64,000 nt of DNA from Puniceicoccales bacterium (lineage in GTDB: Bacteria; Verrucomicrobiota; Verrucomicrobiia; Opitutales; JAIRLM01), in NCBI GenBank assembly GCA_031268795.1, contig JAIRWT010000008.1, positions 2,487 through 66,486 on the forward strand. Direction: 5' to 3'. The position numbers and the translations under genes are program-made. Under the pieces are notes generated by a model. It was not told where the DNA came from. It ran no database searches and saw only the letters and a list, made by a program, of their open reading frames with translations. Every line of letters begins with the position of its first letter. Within the stretch, counting starts at the first letter, position 1. Of this stretch, positions 1 through 8,807 are shown piece by piece.

Positions 1-1
1 A

Positions 2-1405
2 TTTCTAAGGGCTGCTGGCGTCGATCCCTACCGGCACGATTTTTCACAAACGCACACAAGTGAACGGGTTCGCGAACTCTTGGTTGATAGGACGGAATTC
101 GGTGGCGAGGTTGCCGTCGCCGGACGCATTTTGTCCTTTCGCCTGATGGGAAAGGCGGCCTTTCTAGTCCTGCTGGATCGTGCGGGCACGATTCAATGCT
201 ATGTAAAAAAAAATGACCTGGGGGATGCAAATTACGAGCGCTTTAAAACCTTCGACGTTGGTGACATCGTTGGCGTGTGTGGAACACCTTTTCGCACCAG
301 CACCGGAGAACCAACGGTTCGCGCCAGAGAAATAACAATTCTCTCCAAATCACTGCGCGCCCTTCCGGAAAAATTCCACGGGCTTACAAATAATGAGCAA
401 ACCTATCGACAGCGGTACCTGGATTTGATTACCAACTCCAAATCTCGTCAACGAGCGTTTTTGCGCTGTAAAATTCTCCGGGGTATTCGCGAATTTCTTT
501 GGCGGCGGGATTTCGTCGAAGTGGAAACGCCCATGCTGCAAAACATCGCCGGAGGAGCTGCCGCACGGCCATTTGTTACCCATATGAATGCCCTTGATCA
601 TGATTTTTTCCTACGCATTTCCTTGGAATTATACCTCAAGCGTATGCTGGTGGGCGGATTTGATCGGGTCTTCGAAATGGGTCGCGTTTTCCGCAATGAA
701 GGGCTTTCCCGGCGGCACAATCCGGAATTCACGATGCTTGAACTATATCAAGCCTACACAGACCACCGCGGAATGATGACGCTCATATATGATCTCATTC
801 AATACCTGTGCACGGAAGTTCTTGGAACCACAACTTTTCCCCAGGCAGACGGAAAAGTTGTGGACCTGGGCGGCACGTGGCGGGAAGCAACTTACCGGGA
901 TCTCATCGTCGAAGCCACGAAGGAGCCCAATTGGTTTGTTTGGAATAAGGCGCAAAAGTTGGAAAAGTGTCAAAGTTTTGGCATTGAGGTTAATCCGGCG
1001 CTGGAAGACTTCGCCGTGGACAATGACGTTTTTGAGAAAATGGTGGAATGCCATCTCGTTCAGCCCACCTTTGTTACCCAATTGCCCAAAGAATTATGCC
1101 CGTTGGCGAAAATTAACCAAAAGGATCCAACCCTGTTGGATGTGTTTGAACTCTGCATCAACGGCCAGGAAATCGCCCCCGCCTATTCAGAGCAAAACGA
1201 CCCCCTCGTCCAACGGCAAATGTTCGAAGCGCAGGTTGGTGAAGACATTCAATCATTGGATAATGATTTTCTCACCGCATTGGAATACGGCATGCCTCCA
1301 GCCGGAGGCATGGGCCTTGGTATCGACCGTCTAATTATTCTCCTAACTGGCGCGACCAACATCCGCGATACCATTCTTTATCCATCACTCAAGCCGAATG
1401 AATAG
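2..1405 (+). CDS. lysS: Lysyl-tRNA synthetase, class II; the 5' end lies upstream of the window
   Basis: The frame is open from nt 2 (FLRAAGVDPYRHDFSQTHTSERVRELL...), so the TTG at 80 is not the true start. OB-fold region VAVAGRILSFRLMGKAAF. Class II motif 2 FRNEGLSRRHNPEFTMLELY. Motif 3 GMPPAGGMGLGIDRL. Confidence 0.93.
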   Translation, partial: FLRAAGVDPYRHDFSQTHTSERVRELLVDRTEFGGEVAVAGRILSFRLMGKAAFLVLLDRAGTIQCYVKKNDLGDANYERFKTFDVGDIVGVCGTPFRTSTGEPTVRAREITILSKSLRALPEKFHGLTNNEQTYRQRYLDLITNSKSRQRAFLRCKILRGIREFLWRRDFVEVETPMLQNIAGGAAARPFVTHMNALDHDFFLRISLELYLKRMLVGGFDRVFEMGRVFRNEGLSRRHNPEFTMLELYQAYTDHRGMMTLIYDLIQYLCTEVLGTTTFPQADGKVVDLGGTWREATYRDLIVEATKEPNWFVWNKAQKLEKCQSFGIEVNPALEDFAVDNDVFEKMVECHLVQPTFVTQLPKELCPLAKINQKDPTLLDVFELCINGQEIAPAYSEQNDPLVQRQMFEAQVGEDIQSLDNDFLTALEYGMPPAGGMGLGIDRLIILLTGATNIRDTILYPSLKPNE

Positions 1406-1411
1406 ACCTTA

Positions 1412-1744
1412 TCAGTCGCTCTCGGAAAGGTCTTTTCCAGCGAGCAAGTGCAAGTGCAAATGTAGAACAATTTGTCCGGCAGATCTGCCATTGTTAATAA
1501 CAATGCGATAACCGACTACGTCGAATTTCCTCCCCATTTTATTTACTACCAACAGTAAATGCCCCAAGAGTGGAACATCTTCTTCGGCTACAGCCATTAA
1601 ACTTTCCAACGGCTTCCTAGGGACGATGAGCAAGTGCAACGGTGCTTTTGGTGCAATGTCATGGATTACAAAGCATAGTTCATCTTCGTAAATAATCTCT
1701 GCTGGAACTTCTCGCTTTGCAATTTTTTCAAATAATGTGGCCAT
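1412..1744 (-). CDS. HIT-family (histidine triad) nucleotide hydrolase
   Basis: 110 aa. Histidine triad HLHLHLL near the C-terminus. N-terminal IFEKI...P..IIYEDE pattern typical of HinT-like proteins. Confidence 0.85.
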   Translation of the reverse strand: MATLFEKIAKREVPAEIIYEDELCFVIHDIAPKAPLHLLIVPRKPLESLMAVAEEDVPLLGHLLLVVNKMGRKFDVVGYRIVINNGRSAGQIVLHLHLHLLAGKDLSESD

Positions 1745-1756
1745 ATCCCACCTTTC

Positions 1757-2278
1757 TTAAATGCCAACGGAAACGGATTCCCCACATAAATAACTGGCGA
1801 CAGCAAGAGCAAAATCTATGGCCGCGCCAGGCCCATTCGCAGTAATAAGATTTCCATCTTCTACCACAGGGTTCTTTTGCGCCGGCTCGGATAATTTGCC
1901 GTCAATGCATGGATGTGCTGTATATTTTCGCCCTTTCAACAGTCGCGCGTCCTCAAGCAAGATGGGTGCTGCACAAATAGCTGCAATTAACTTTCGATCT
2001 CTCGAAAAAGACATAACAAGGCGCAATAATTTTTCATCTTTTCTCAATGAAAAAACTCCAGAACCTCCCGGAATTAAGATAGCATCAAAGTCATTTTCGT
2101 CGCAATCCTCGATAATGCCGTCGGCGACCACTCCGATGTCGTGAGCCCCAACGATCAAGGGCTTACCCCCGAAGGCTGCCGTTGTAACGGCAATTCCCGC
2201 ACGACGAAGAATATCAACCGATGCAATCGCTTCGATTTCTTCAAAACCTTTAAAAAGAACGACTAAACACTTTTTCAT
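1757..2278 (-). CDS. DJ-1/PfpI family protein
   Basis: Start moved to MKKCLVVLF (codon 69 of the track ORF); the upstream extension overlaps the permease gene. ILIPGGSG and nucleophile-elbow AAICAAPILL motifs. Confidence 0.8.
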   Translation of the reverse strand: MKKCLVVLFKGFEEIEAIASVDILRRAGIAVTTAAFGGKPLIVGAHDIGVVADGIIEDCDENDFDAILIPGGSGVFSLRKDEKLLRLVMSFSRDRKLIAAICAAPILLEDARLLKGRKYTAHPCIDGKLSEPAQKNPVVEDGNLITANGPGAAIDFALAVASYLCGESVSVGI

Positions 2279-2345
2279 AACGCAAACGACACCTCGGTAT
2301 GACTTAATTTCAACCTCACTTGCAAGATTCGTAGATTCATCGCAC

Positions 2346-3497
2346 CTACTTTCCTGAAAGCATATGTATAAGGTTGAATAATTCGATGAAAAAAACATAA
2401 AGAAATGCAAAGAGAAAGATCCATGGAAGTGGCCCCGGTACCTTTCGCCTAATTGCCACAAGCGATGGGAGAATTCCTGCAATTAAATTAAGACAAATTC
2501 CTCCCGCAACTTCGAGCGCCGTAATAAAAATATGCGCGCAATAGACAGCGATAAATAACGGAAAAATAATAATTAAGACCACCTCCACTTTTTCATACCA
2601 CTCATACCGGTGAAAAATATCTCGCAACGCTCCACTAAGCGTTGCCGTCACTCCTAAAAGCGAACTTCCAATGGCGAAAAATGAAAAACATTGACCTAAT
2701 GTTACGAAGCATGACGAAGAAAACTTTTCTTTAAAAAGCAAAAAAACAGGTATTCCTTCCGCGGCACCCTTTAAAAGTTCATCCACAGTCAATGCCCGGA
2801 ATGAAATAAGTAAGACAAAAATATTAAAAATTAGAGGAAGCAATGTCCCATAAAAAATTGCTCGTTTTATGTCTTCCCAACGAAAATTCAATTGGCGACA
2901 AACAATTGGAATAGCGCCTTGAAAGCCATAGCTGCAAAATAAAATTGGCAACGCCAAATTTGCCACACGCCAATTTCCAGCCGCAAAAAGACCCTCGCCG
3001 CCCTGAAAAAATGTGGAAAAAATTAACCCTAAAAATGAAATAATTAAACCAATTGTCAGCGCACCAACCGCTCTACTTAGAAAAGCTGTTCCACATGTCT
3101 GTAGGAAAATTGCAATAAGCGCCGAAAGAAAAAGTGGCCAAACGAAACTTCCAAAAGCTCCAAAAATTGATATAAGCCCTGCCCAATAGGCGACAAGAAG
3201 ACAAAAAAACAAACTAAAAAATGAAATTGAAAAAATATTTAAACCACTTTTGCCAAGTTCCTGGAAAAAGAATGTTGGCAAATCCTTCTGATGATTTTTG
3301 CAAAAAAGTTTAGCGAACATCAATCCGGCGCCAAGGGCTAAAAAATAAAGCATCAAACACGCAACTACCGATGCCATAAATCCGGCTCGCCCTAAAACCA
3401 ATGGCAAACCCAACACGCCTGCACCAATGGCGTTTCCAGCAATGAAAAGAATGGATAAAATAATTTTCGAATTTCTCATGCCATTTTTCCTACCCAC
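2346..3497 (-). CDS. Aromatic amino-acid (TyrP/Mtr-type, HAAAP family) permease
   Basis: 383 aa and polytopic. N-terminal ILSILFIAGNAIGAGVLGLPLVLGRAGF resembles the Trp/Tyr permease family signature. Paralogous to the ORF at 60049-61263. Confidence 0.7.
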   Translation of the reverse strand: MGRKNGMRNSKIILSILFIAGNAIGAGVLGLPLVLGRAGFMASVVACLMLYFLALGAGLMFAKLFCKNHQKDLPTFFFQELGKSGLNIFSISFFSLFFCLLVAYWAGLISIFGAFGSFVWPLFLSALIAIFLQTCGTAFLSRAVGALTIGLIISFLGLIFSTFFQGGEGLFAAGNWRVANLALPILFCSYGFQGAIPIVCRQLNFRWEDIKRAIFYGTLLPLIFNIFVLLISFRALTVDELLKGAAEGIPVFLLFKEKFSSSCFVTLGQCFSFFAIGSSLLGVTATLSGALRDIFHRYEWYEKVEVVLIIIFPLFIAVYCAHIFITALEVAGGICLNLIAGILPSLVAIRRKVPGPLPWIFLFAFLYVFFIELFNLIHMLSGK

Positions 3498-3559
3498 ACA
3501 TATGTTTTATCGAAACTTGAAACCCATTCCACCGAAAACCAAGAAAAAAAGGGAAAAAG

Positions 3560-3690
3560 CTTTTCACAACTACGGTGAATAATCCTGTGAATAATAAAAA
3601 TCCCCGATTCATTCACCTGCTTATTCACAGTAGAGGCTGCGCCAAACAATAGCATTCTCGCCATCGCCGAACTTATTCACAGAATTCACA
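3560..3690. promoter_or_regulatory. Cluster of DnaA-box-like 9-mers (TTATNCACA); candidate oriC or DnaA-regulated promoter
   Basis: Perfect boxes: TGTGAATAA at 3586-3594 (reverse orientation), and TTATTCACA at 3621-3629 and 3673-3681. Boxes with 1-2 mismatches at 3560-3568, 3574-3582, 3609-3617 and 3682-3690. An AT-rich stretch follows at 3695-3740 (40 of 46 nt A/T). Confidence 0.45.
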
Positions 3691-3790
3691 AGCAAAGATA
3701 ATAATAGTAAAATTAAAATACCAGTTTTTAAAATGAATTTCCTGGGAAATAGTCTTTGACTCTCCCTAAAAAAAACCATCTTTGACCGTG

Positions 3791-3865
3791 GCTTTCGTAG
3801 TTCAATGGATAGAACTGCGGTTCCCTAAACCGTCAATCCCGGTTCGAATCCGGGCGAGAGCGCCA
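3791..3865 (+). tRNA. tRNA-Arg (anticodon CCT), CCA encoded
   Basis: Hand-folded cloverleaf: acceptor GCTTTCG/CGAGAGC, D arm GTTC-AATGGATA-GAAC, anticodon arm GCGGT-TCCCTAA-ACCGT, T arm CCCGG-TTCGAAT-CCGGG, discriminator G. The D-loop GGATA resembles Arg tRNAs. Confidence 0.85.
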
Positions 3866-3877
3866 TCGGAAGCGATT

Positions 3878-4705
3878 ATGGACAGCCATACACACATTGA
3901 TTTTTTTGCTCCAGAACAGCTTGACCGTTGTTTTCGTGATGCTTTGTCTGTTGGAGTGGATCATTTTGTTGTTCCCGGCGTTTCCAGGGATAAATGGCTA
4001 GGACTTCCAGTGGTTGCAAAACGAGAAAATGTATTTTTTGCATTTGGGGAACACCCGCTTGAATTGGCCAATATTTCGACGGGAGAAACACGGGCTGGAA
4101 TTTTGTCAAAAGCGGTGGAAATGGTAAAAAAAACACCAACCGGGTCGAAATTAGTAGCTATTGGGGAAATTGGGTTGGATTATTATCGTTTATCAACGAA
4201 AGACCTTGTGTGCAGGGGATCTCAGCGGCAGGCACTTTGTGAACAACTTTCCGTTGCAGCGGAAAAAAATCTTCCGGTAATTATACATTGCCGGGATAAA
4301 TTTGGAGCCGTTGAGGCATGGAATGATGTGATCTCGAGCATAGAAAAGTGTGGAAATTCACCTGGGAATATTTTATTTCATAGTTTTTCGTACGGGCAAA
4401 AACAGGTAGAAGAATGGACAAAAATGGGAGGTTATATTTCCATTTCCGGGCTGATAACGAAACCAAATTCGACGGATATTCGCGACGCTTTACAATTTAT
4501 ACCGAAGGAGCAAATGCTTCTTGAGACAGATTCTCCATTTCTTTTACCGCAGGCATTGCGCATCGAAGGAAAAGAGCAAACGGAGAATGAGCCTAAAAAT
4601 GTGGTGGAGGTGGCGCGGGTCGTTGGAGAAATTTTAAATAAAGATGCCTCGGAGATTCTTTTACAAACGCGGGAAAATGGAATGCGATTTTTTCGCATTC
4701 GATAA
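3878..4705 (+). CDS. tatD: TatD-family metal-dependent hydrolase/DNase
   Basis: Start set at MDSHTHIDFF; the upstream part of the track ORF is the tRNA. Motifs DSHTHID, GEIGLDY, IIHCRD, ETDSPFL. Confidence 0.9.
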   Translation: MDSHTHIDFFAPEQLDRCFRDALSVGVDHFVVPGVSRDKWLGLPVVAKRENVFFAFGEHPLELANISTGETRAGILSKAVEMVKKTPTGSKLVAIGEIGLDYYRLSTKDLVCRGSQRQALCEQLSVAAEKNLPVIIHCRDKFGAVEAWNDVISSIEKCGNSPGNILFHSFSYGQKQVEEWTKMGGYISISGLITKPNSTDIRDALQFIPKEQMLLETDSPFLLPQALRIEGKEQTENEPKNVVEVARVVGEILNKDASEILLQTRENGMRFFRIR

Positions 4706-4707
4706 CA

Positions 4708-5931
4708 ATGATTAATTCTTGGTGTATTTTTTGGGCTTGGAATCAATTATTCCCAAACGGGCGCAAAGGGATTGCATTTGCTATTCTATCCATTCTTGGA
4801 GTGGCCTTTGGTGTTTGTATTTTGGTAGTCGTCCTGGGAGTTATGAACGGCTTTCAGGACGACATCCGTAGTAAGCTTATCGGTATTCGCGGCGATATTT
4901 GTGTGGAATCTTCACGCACGGGCGGGGAAGAATTATTCAAATGGAAAATGCGGCTTGGCGAAAAAGAGGAGGTGCACAAAGTGGCCGAGTTTACGCATAT
5001 GCCAGTTTTTTTTATGCACGACGAACGGTTTGCGTTACCGATTTTAAAAATCGGAGACCAAGGGGCGGATGGGTTGATTGATTTTGCCGTGACAAGGGAA
5101 AGGGATACGGATGGCGTGTGGTTGGGTTGTGATTTAGCGGAGGAATTGCAAGTTGCCGTCGGTGAAGCCGTATCATTCTTTTCTCCGGAAATACTAATGA
5201 ATCTTGAAAATGTGGAAGAGCTCCCGGAAATTTTAGAAATAAATGTGGCTGGAATTTTTCAAACCGGCTGGCCAGATATTGATGGACATATTGCTTTTAT
5301 TTCCCGCGAGGAAGCGGAATGGGTTTTAGAAAAACCTCCGCCAATACAAGGATTCGATGTATTTTTGAAAAATGGAGCAAACGCCGTTGCCGTTAGAGAT
5401 GAATGGAATGCATCTTTTTTGCCACCATTTTTGCGGGCAAAATCTTGGCAGGAGGTGAATGTGCAGCTTTGTTCCGTTCTTGGCATGGAAAAAGCAGCCA
5501 TGTGTTTTGTGCTATTGGCCGTGCTTTTTGTGGCGACATTTTCCATGGCTTCCGCGTTGCTGCTAAATGTGGTGCGAAAAACACGGGAAATTGGTTTGTT
5601 GCGCGTATTTGGCGCCAGCCGGTTCGAAGTAGCGCTATGCTATCTCTTGCAGGGAGGCATTGTGGGCCTTTTGGGCGCGGGCTTAGGGTTAGCCATATCG
5701 GCAATTATTTTGTGGTGGCGAGATGAAATTTTATCGATCGTATTTAGGCTATTCAAAAATGGAGATCAAATTTTTGCATTTTATCAATTTTCGCATCTTC
5801 CACTTCTCGTTCGGAACGATGAAGTTGCGATCATCTGTTTTGCTGCGATATTTTTAGCAATGCTAGCCGGTGTTATTCCGGCCGTACGGGCAGCAAATAT
5901 TGATCCGGCAAAAGCCATGTGTTGTGAATAA
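4708..5931 (+). CDS. Lipoprotein-release ABC transporter permease (LolC/E, FtsX/MacB-type)
   Basis: 407 aa. N-terminal TM followed by VMNGFQDDIRSKLIG, a large periplasmic loop, and a C-terminal FtsX-like 3-TM domain (REIGLLRVFGAS). Confidence 0.8.
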   Translation: MINSWCIFWAWNQLFPNGRKGIAFAILSILGVAFGVCILVVVLGVMNGFQDDIRSKLIGIRGDICVESSRTGGEELFKWKMRLGEKEEVHKVAEFTHMPVFFMHDERFALPILKIGDQGADGLIDFAVTRERDTDGVWLGCDLAEELQVAVGEAVSFFSPEILMNLENVEELPEILEINVAGIFQTGWPDIDGHIAFISREEAEWVLEKPPPIQGFDVFLKNGANAVAVRDEWNASFLPPFLRAKSWQEVNVQLCSVLGMEKAAMCFVLLAVLFVATFSMASALLLNVVRKTREIGLLRVFGASRFEVALCYLLQGGIVGLLGAGLGLAISAIILWWRDEILSIVFRLFKNGDQIFAFYQFSHLPLLVRNDEVAIICFAAIFLAMLAGVIPAVRAANIDPAKAMCCE

Positions 5932-5954
5932 CTGAGTAAAAGTTGGCTCCTATT

Positions 5955-6647
5955 ATGGCTCTTTTATTAAAGAACGTCTTCAAGGCCTTCGGGCGCGAAG
6001 GGGAATCAATCGCCGTTCTAAAAGATGTTTCAGTTGAATTTGCCAATGGTGAATCCGTTGCAATTATTGGCGTATCCGGTTGTGGGAAAACGACACTGTT
6101 AAACATAGTCGGCGGATTACTCCAGCCGGACATGGGCGAAGTTCTTTGGGACGGGTACTCTATTAGTGATTTTCGGAAAACAACGAAATTTGTGCGTGGG
6201 AGTTTTTTGGGTTTTATTTTTCAAAACTATGCGCTTGTAAATGAACTAACTATTCTTGAAAATATTCTTTTACCTTCACGAATTCTCGGATCAAAACCCA
6301 ACAAAGATCGGGCTAAGGAGTTGCTTACGGCAGTTCATCTGGAACATCGGATGCAGGGTTCACCCATGACTCTTTCCGGCGGAGAAAAACAGAGGGCTGC
6401 CATCGTGCGCGCACTAATTCACTGCCCTAAATTTGTCATTGCCGACGAACCAACTGGCAATTTGGACGAACGAACATCTCGGGAGGTTGAAGAGCTTATG
6501 TTTGATCTTTGCGGGAAAACTGGAGCGGGATTAATTTATGCCACGCACGACCACACTTTTGCACAACGAGCATCAAGAATAATTTCCATCAACGCTGCGA
6601 AACTCCACCATGCGGAAATGGGAATAACACCACCGCTGAAAGTATAA
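5955..6647 (+). CDS. lolD: Lipoprotein-release ABC transporter ATPase
   Basis: Walker A GVSGCGKTT, signature LSGGEKQR, Walker B FVIADEPTGNLD. Lies adjacent to the LolC/E-like permease. Alternative TTG start at 5943. Confidence 0.85.
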   Translation: MALLLKNVFKAFGREGESIAVLKDVSVEFANGESVAIIGVSGCGKTTLLNIVGGLLQPDMGEVLWDGYSISDFRKTTKFVRGSFLGFIFQNYALVNELTILENILLPSRILGSKPNKDRAKELLTAVHLEHRMQGSPMTLSGGEKQRAAIVRALIHCPKFVIADEPTGNLDERTSREVEELMFDLCGKTGAGLIYATHDHTFAQRASRIISINAAKLHHAEMGITPPLKV

Positions 6648-6706
6648 AAAAACCTAAGGCAAAGCTGTCAAGTTTCACTAAGAAAATAGATAATGCATTA
6701 TTTTCT

Positions 6707-7129
6707 TTAGATGTTCAAGCTATTTTCAAGGCCGTCGAAGAAGATAAGGCCCCATTCCAGAAGCAAGATAAGTCCTTCAATAGGCGTCTTTGCTGAAATC
6801 TCACGCTTAACTTCTGGCATTAGTCTTTCAATAGCATCAACGAAAGATTTTTTTTCATCTTCATTATTTGTCAGATTTGATCCATAGCTTAAAAGCGCCA
6901 GTGCCGACAGCGAAGGGTTTTCCCACACAGATACAGCCTTGAATAGTGCTAAATCCACCTTCAACGTAGTCACATGCAGTAGCTTCTGAAGTAACGCATC
7001 CTGCTTCTCACTATTTCCCTCACACGCGCAGACGGCTTTTGCAAATTGGATAATTGTTTGATTGAGCGACTTGGCGGCATGCGAAGTATCAAAACCGTGA
7101 CTAACAACACTAAGATCTAACATACTCAC
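6707..7129 (-). CDS. Hypothetical protein, 140 aa, no recognised motif
   Basis: Clean ORF. Last gene of a three-gene minus-strand run with short gaps (8807 to 6707). Confidence 0.5.
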   Translation of the reverse strand: MSMLDLSVVSHGFDTSHAAKSLNQTIIQFAKAVCACEGNSEKQDALLQKLLHVTTLKVDLALFKAVSVWENPSLSALALLSYGSNLTNNEDEKKSFVDAIERLMPEVKREISAKTPIEGLILLLEWGLIFFDGLENSLNI

Positions 7130-7184
7130 TACTCCTTATTTTTTAATATACCGAGATTAAATACAACAAAATAGAAAACCTTAA

Positions 7185-8045
7185 CTATTTTTTCCCAGAA
7201 AGCCGCTGCCACCTTCCAACCCCAGGGGGTTGAGCCGGCTGAAAAAAATGGCTGGACTTTTTTTTTACATCAGCGGCTACAACTGGAACAGGGGTTAATG
7301 GACTCGGCGGCAGAAGCTGCGTTTCAGCGACAAATGAATCGGCCCCTAAAGATTTTTGCGGCGGAGGTGGAATCTTTTCAGGAACAGCACACGTTGTTGC
7401 TGTTTCTGCTTCGACAGTAGCACATTTTCCTCGAATTGAATTAGCCTTTTCGCGCAACGCAGCTATTTGAGAATCAATGGTCTCAAGCCCACCATCATCT
7501 TCATAGGCCCGAAAACTATCCTCTGCTGCCTTCACTTTTGCAAATATTGCATCAGTTTCTGTTTGCATCTCCTTTGTCTCAGCCGCAAGCATAGCATTTT
7601 CTAATTTAAGTTCCTCCGTTTCAGCTTTAGCTGCATCCAAACTGTTCAATAGCTCAATGAAAACAGCCTCATCGCGATTCCTTGGTTCAACGTCCCCGCG
7701 CGTACTCGAATCACGAATCAATGCCATTCGCCTTTCAAATTCTGCGCAAGGGTTTTTCATGTTTGCAGCTACAACTTTTTGAAGAAGTAATGGATAAAAA
7801 TCCCTAAAAAAAACAAATTGCACTTCTGGAATGGTGTAACCACTATCCCAGAGTTCGCGCACATTCCGAACTATTTCTTCCTTATACTCTTGAAATAACT
7901 GCACAAAAATCACGAGCGAAAGTTTCGCCGTCTTTTCATCAACTAACATACCCGCAGGAATTGGTATTCGATGCCGATGTCCGCCAGAATCAACGGGACC
8001 CTGAAAAACCATTCCGACCCCCATTGGTGTCCTCACATTTAACAT
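7185..8045 (-). CDS. Hypothetical coiled-coil protein with a proline-rich C-terminus, 286 aa
   Basis: The central region AKAETEELKLENAMLAAETKEMQTETDAIFAKVKAAEDS is heptad-like. C-terminal PPPPQKS...LPPSPLTPVPV. Confidence 0.55.
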   Translation of the reverse strand: MLNVRTPMGVGMVFQGPVDSGGHRHRIPIPAGMLVDEKTAKLSLVIFVQLFQEYKEEIVRNVRELWDSGYTIPEVQFVFFRDFYPLLLQKVVAANMKNPCAEFERRMALIRDSSTRGDVEPRNRDEAVFIELLNSLDAAKAETEELKLENAMLAAETKEMQTETDAIFAKVKAAEDSFRAYEDDGGLETIDSQIAALREKANSIRGKCATVEAETATTCAVPEKIPPPPQKSLGADSFVAETQLLPPSPLTPVPVVAADVKKKSSHFFQPAQPPGVGRWQRLSGKK

Positions 8046-8117
8046 AATAAAATCCTTAAAACTTCAAAAATGACCTATTTCCAAATTTTAACAAACCAGT
8101 TCAGACTTTCATGCTCT

Positions 8118-8807
8118 TCATGCTTCTTTTGTGCAATTTCGCGCTCCATCTGTGCTCGCTCTCTCCCGGCTTGCGCGTCCTCGCGCGCCTTTGTGGCATT
8201 CGCAAGTTCCAGCTCCGCCTCGTTTCACGTGTGCTTCAAATTCAACCAGCTCAACCCTCTTTTGCTCCTGCTTGGCAAGTGCCGCTCTGCGTTTTGTTTC
8301 TTCGACGGCTTGGAGCGCGTTTTGTTCTTCTTGACGTTTTTTTGCCTCCTCCCATCCAGTTCGGATGGACTCCTGGTTGGCAAGTTCTACCGCGCGCCTC
8401 GTTTTTTCAGCCTCCTGCTTTATTGTTTCGGCTCCCCGACTTATAAAAAGGGCTGTCTCGGCCTGTTTCTGTTTTACAATTGCATCAGTCAAGGCTGTCG
8501 AGTAGTCGGTGACATTCTTAAGTGCGGAAGTCACATCTTTCCACGATCCATCCGTTGGAGCAAGCATGTACATGTAGATAGTTATCGCAAGAGCTCTATA
8601 GACGGGCAAATCGGACGAAAGAGCAGTTTGGACAAGGGCCGCATACCCTTGCAGCATTATTATCCTATCTAATTGCTTGCCTATAACATCTAACATGTCC
8701 AGAGAAGTTGTAGGATCGCTAAAGCGCTTTAATAATGCCTCTTCTTTCCTGCCTAAGCTGGCCGTAAAACAGTCAACCGCACCGGTTGTAAACATTGAAA
8801 CACTCAT
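8118..8807 (-). CDS. Hypothetical coiled-coil protein, 229 aa as written; probably frameshifted near 8222
   Basis: The charged coil (KQEAEKTRRAVELANQE...KRRAALAKQEQKRVELVEFEAHVK) degenerates into a Gly/Arg/Cys-rich tail. The coil continues in another minus-strand frame down to the stop at 8075-8077. Confidence 0.5.
   Translation of the reverse strand: MSVSMFTTGAVDCFTASLGRKEEALLKRFSDPTTSLDMLDVIGKQLDRIIMLQGYAALVQTALSSDLPVYRALAITIYMYMLAPTDGSWKDVTSALKNVTDYSTALTDAIVKQKQAETALFISRGAETIKQEAEKTRRAVELANQESIRTGWEEAKKRQEEQNALQAVEETKRRAALAKQEQKRVELVEFEAHVKRGGAGTCECHKGARGRASRERASTDGARNCTKEA

Noticed and set aside
2279-2482. Upstream 68 codons of the DJ-1/PfpI track ORF
   Set aside because: They overlap the 3' end of the permease gene and have no DJ-1 similarity. 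The conserved domain starts at MKKCLVVLF.
3782-3877. N-terminal extension of the tatD track ORF (MTVAFVVQWIELRFPKPSIPVRIRARAPS...)
   Set aside because: This stretch is the tRNA-Arg gene read as protein. The real tatD start is the ATG at 3878 (MDSHTHID).
8070-8672. Three plus-strand ORFs (200, 111 and 67 aa) rich in Ser, Cys, Phe and Leu
   Set aside because: They are antisense shadows of the minus-strand coiled-coil gene, whose low-complexity GAA/GCN-rich codons keep the opposite strand open. They have no start context or motifs.
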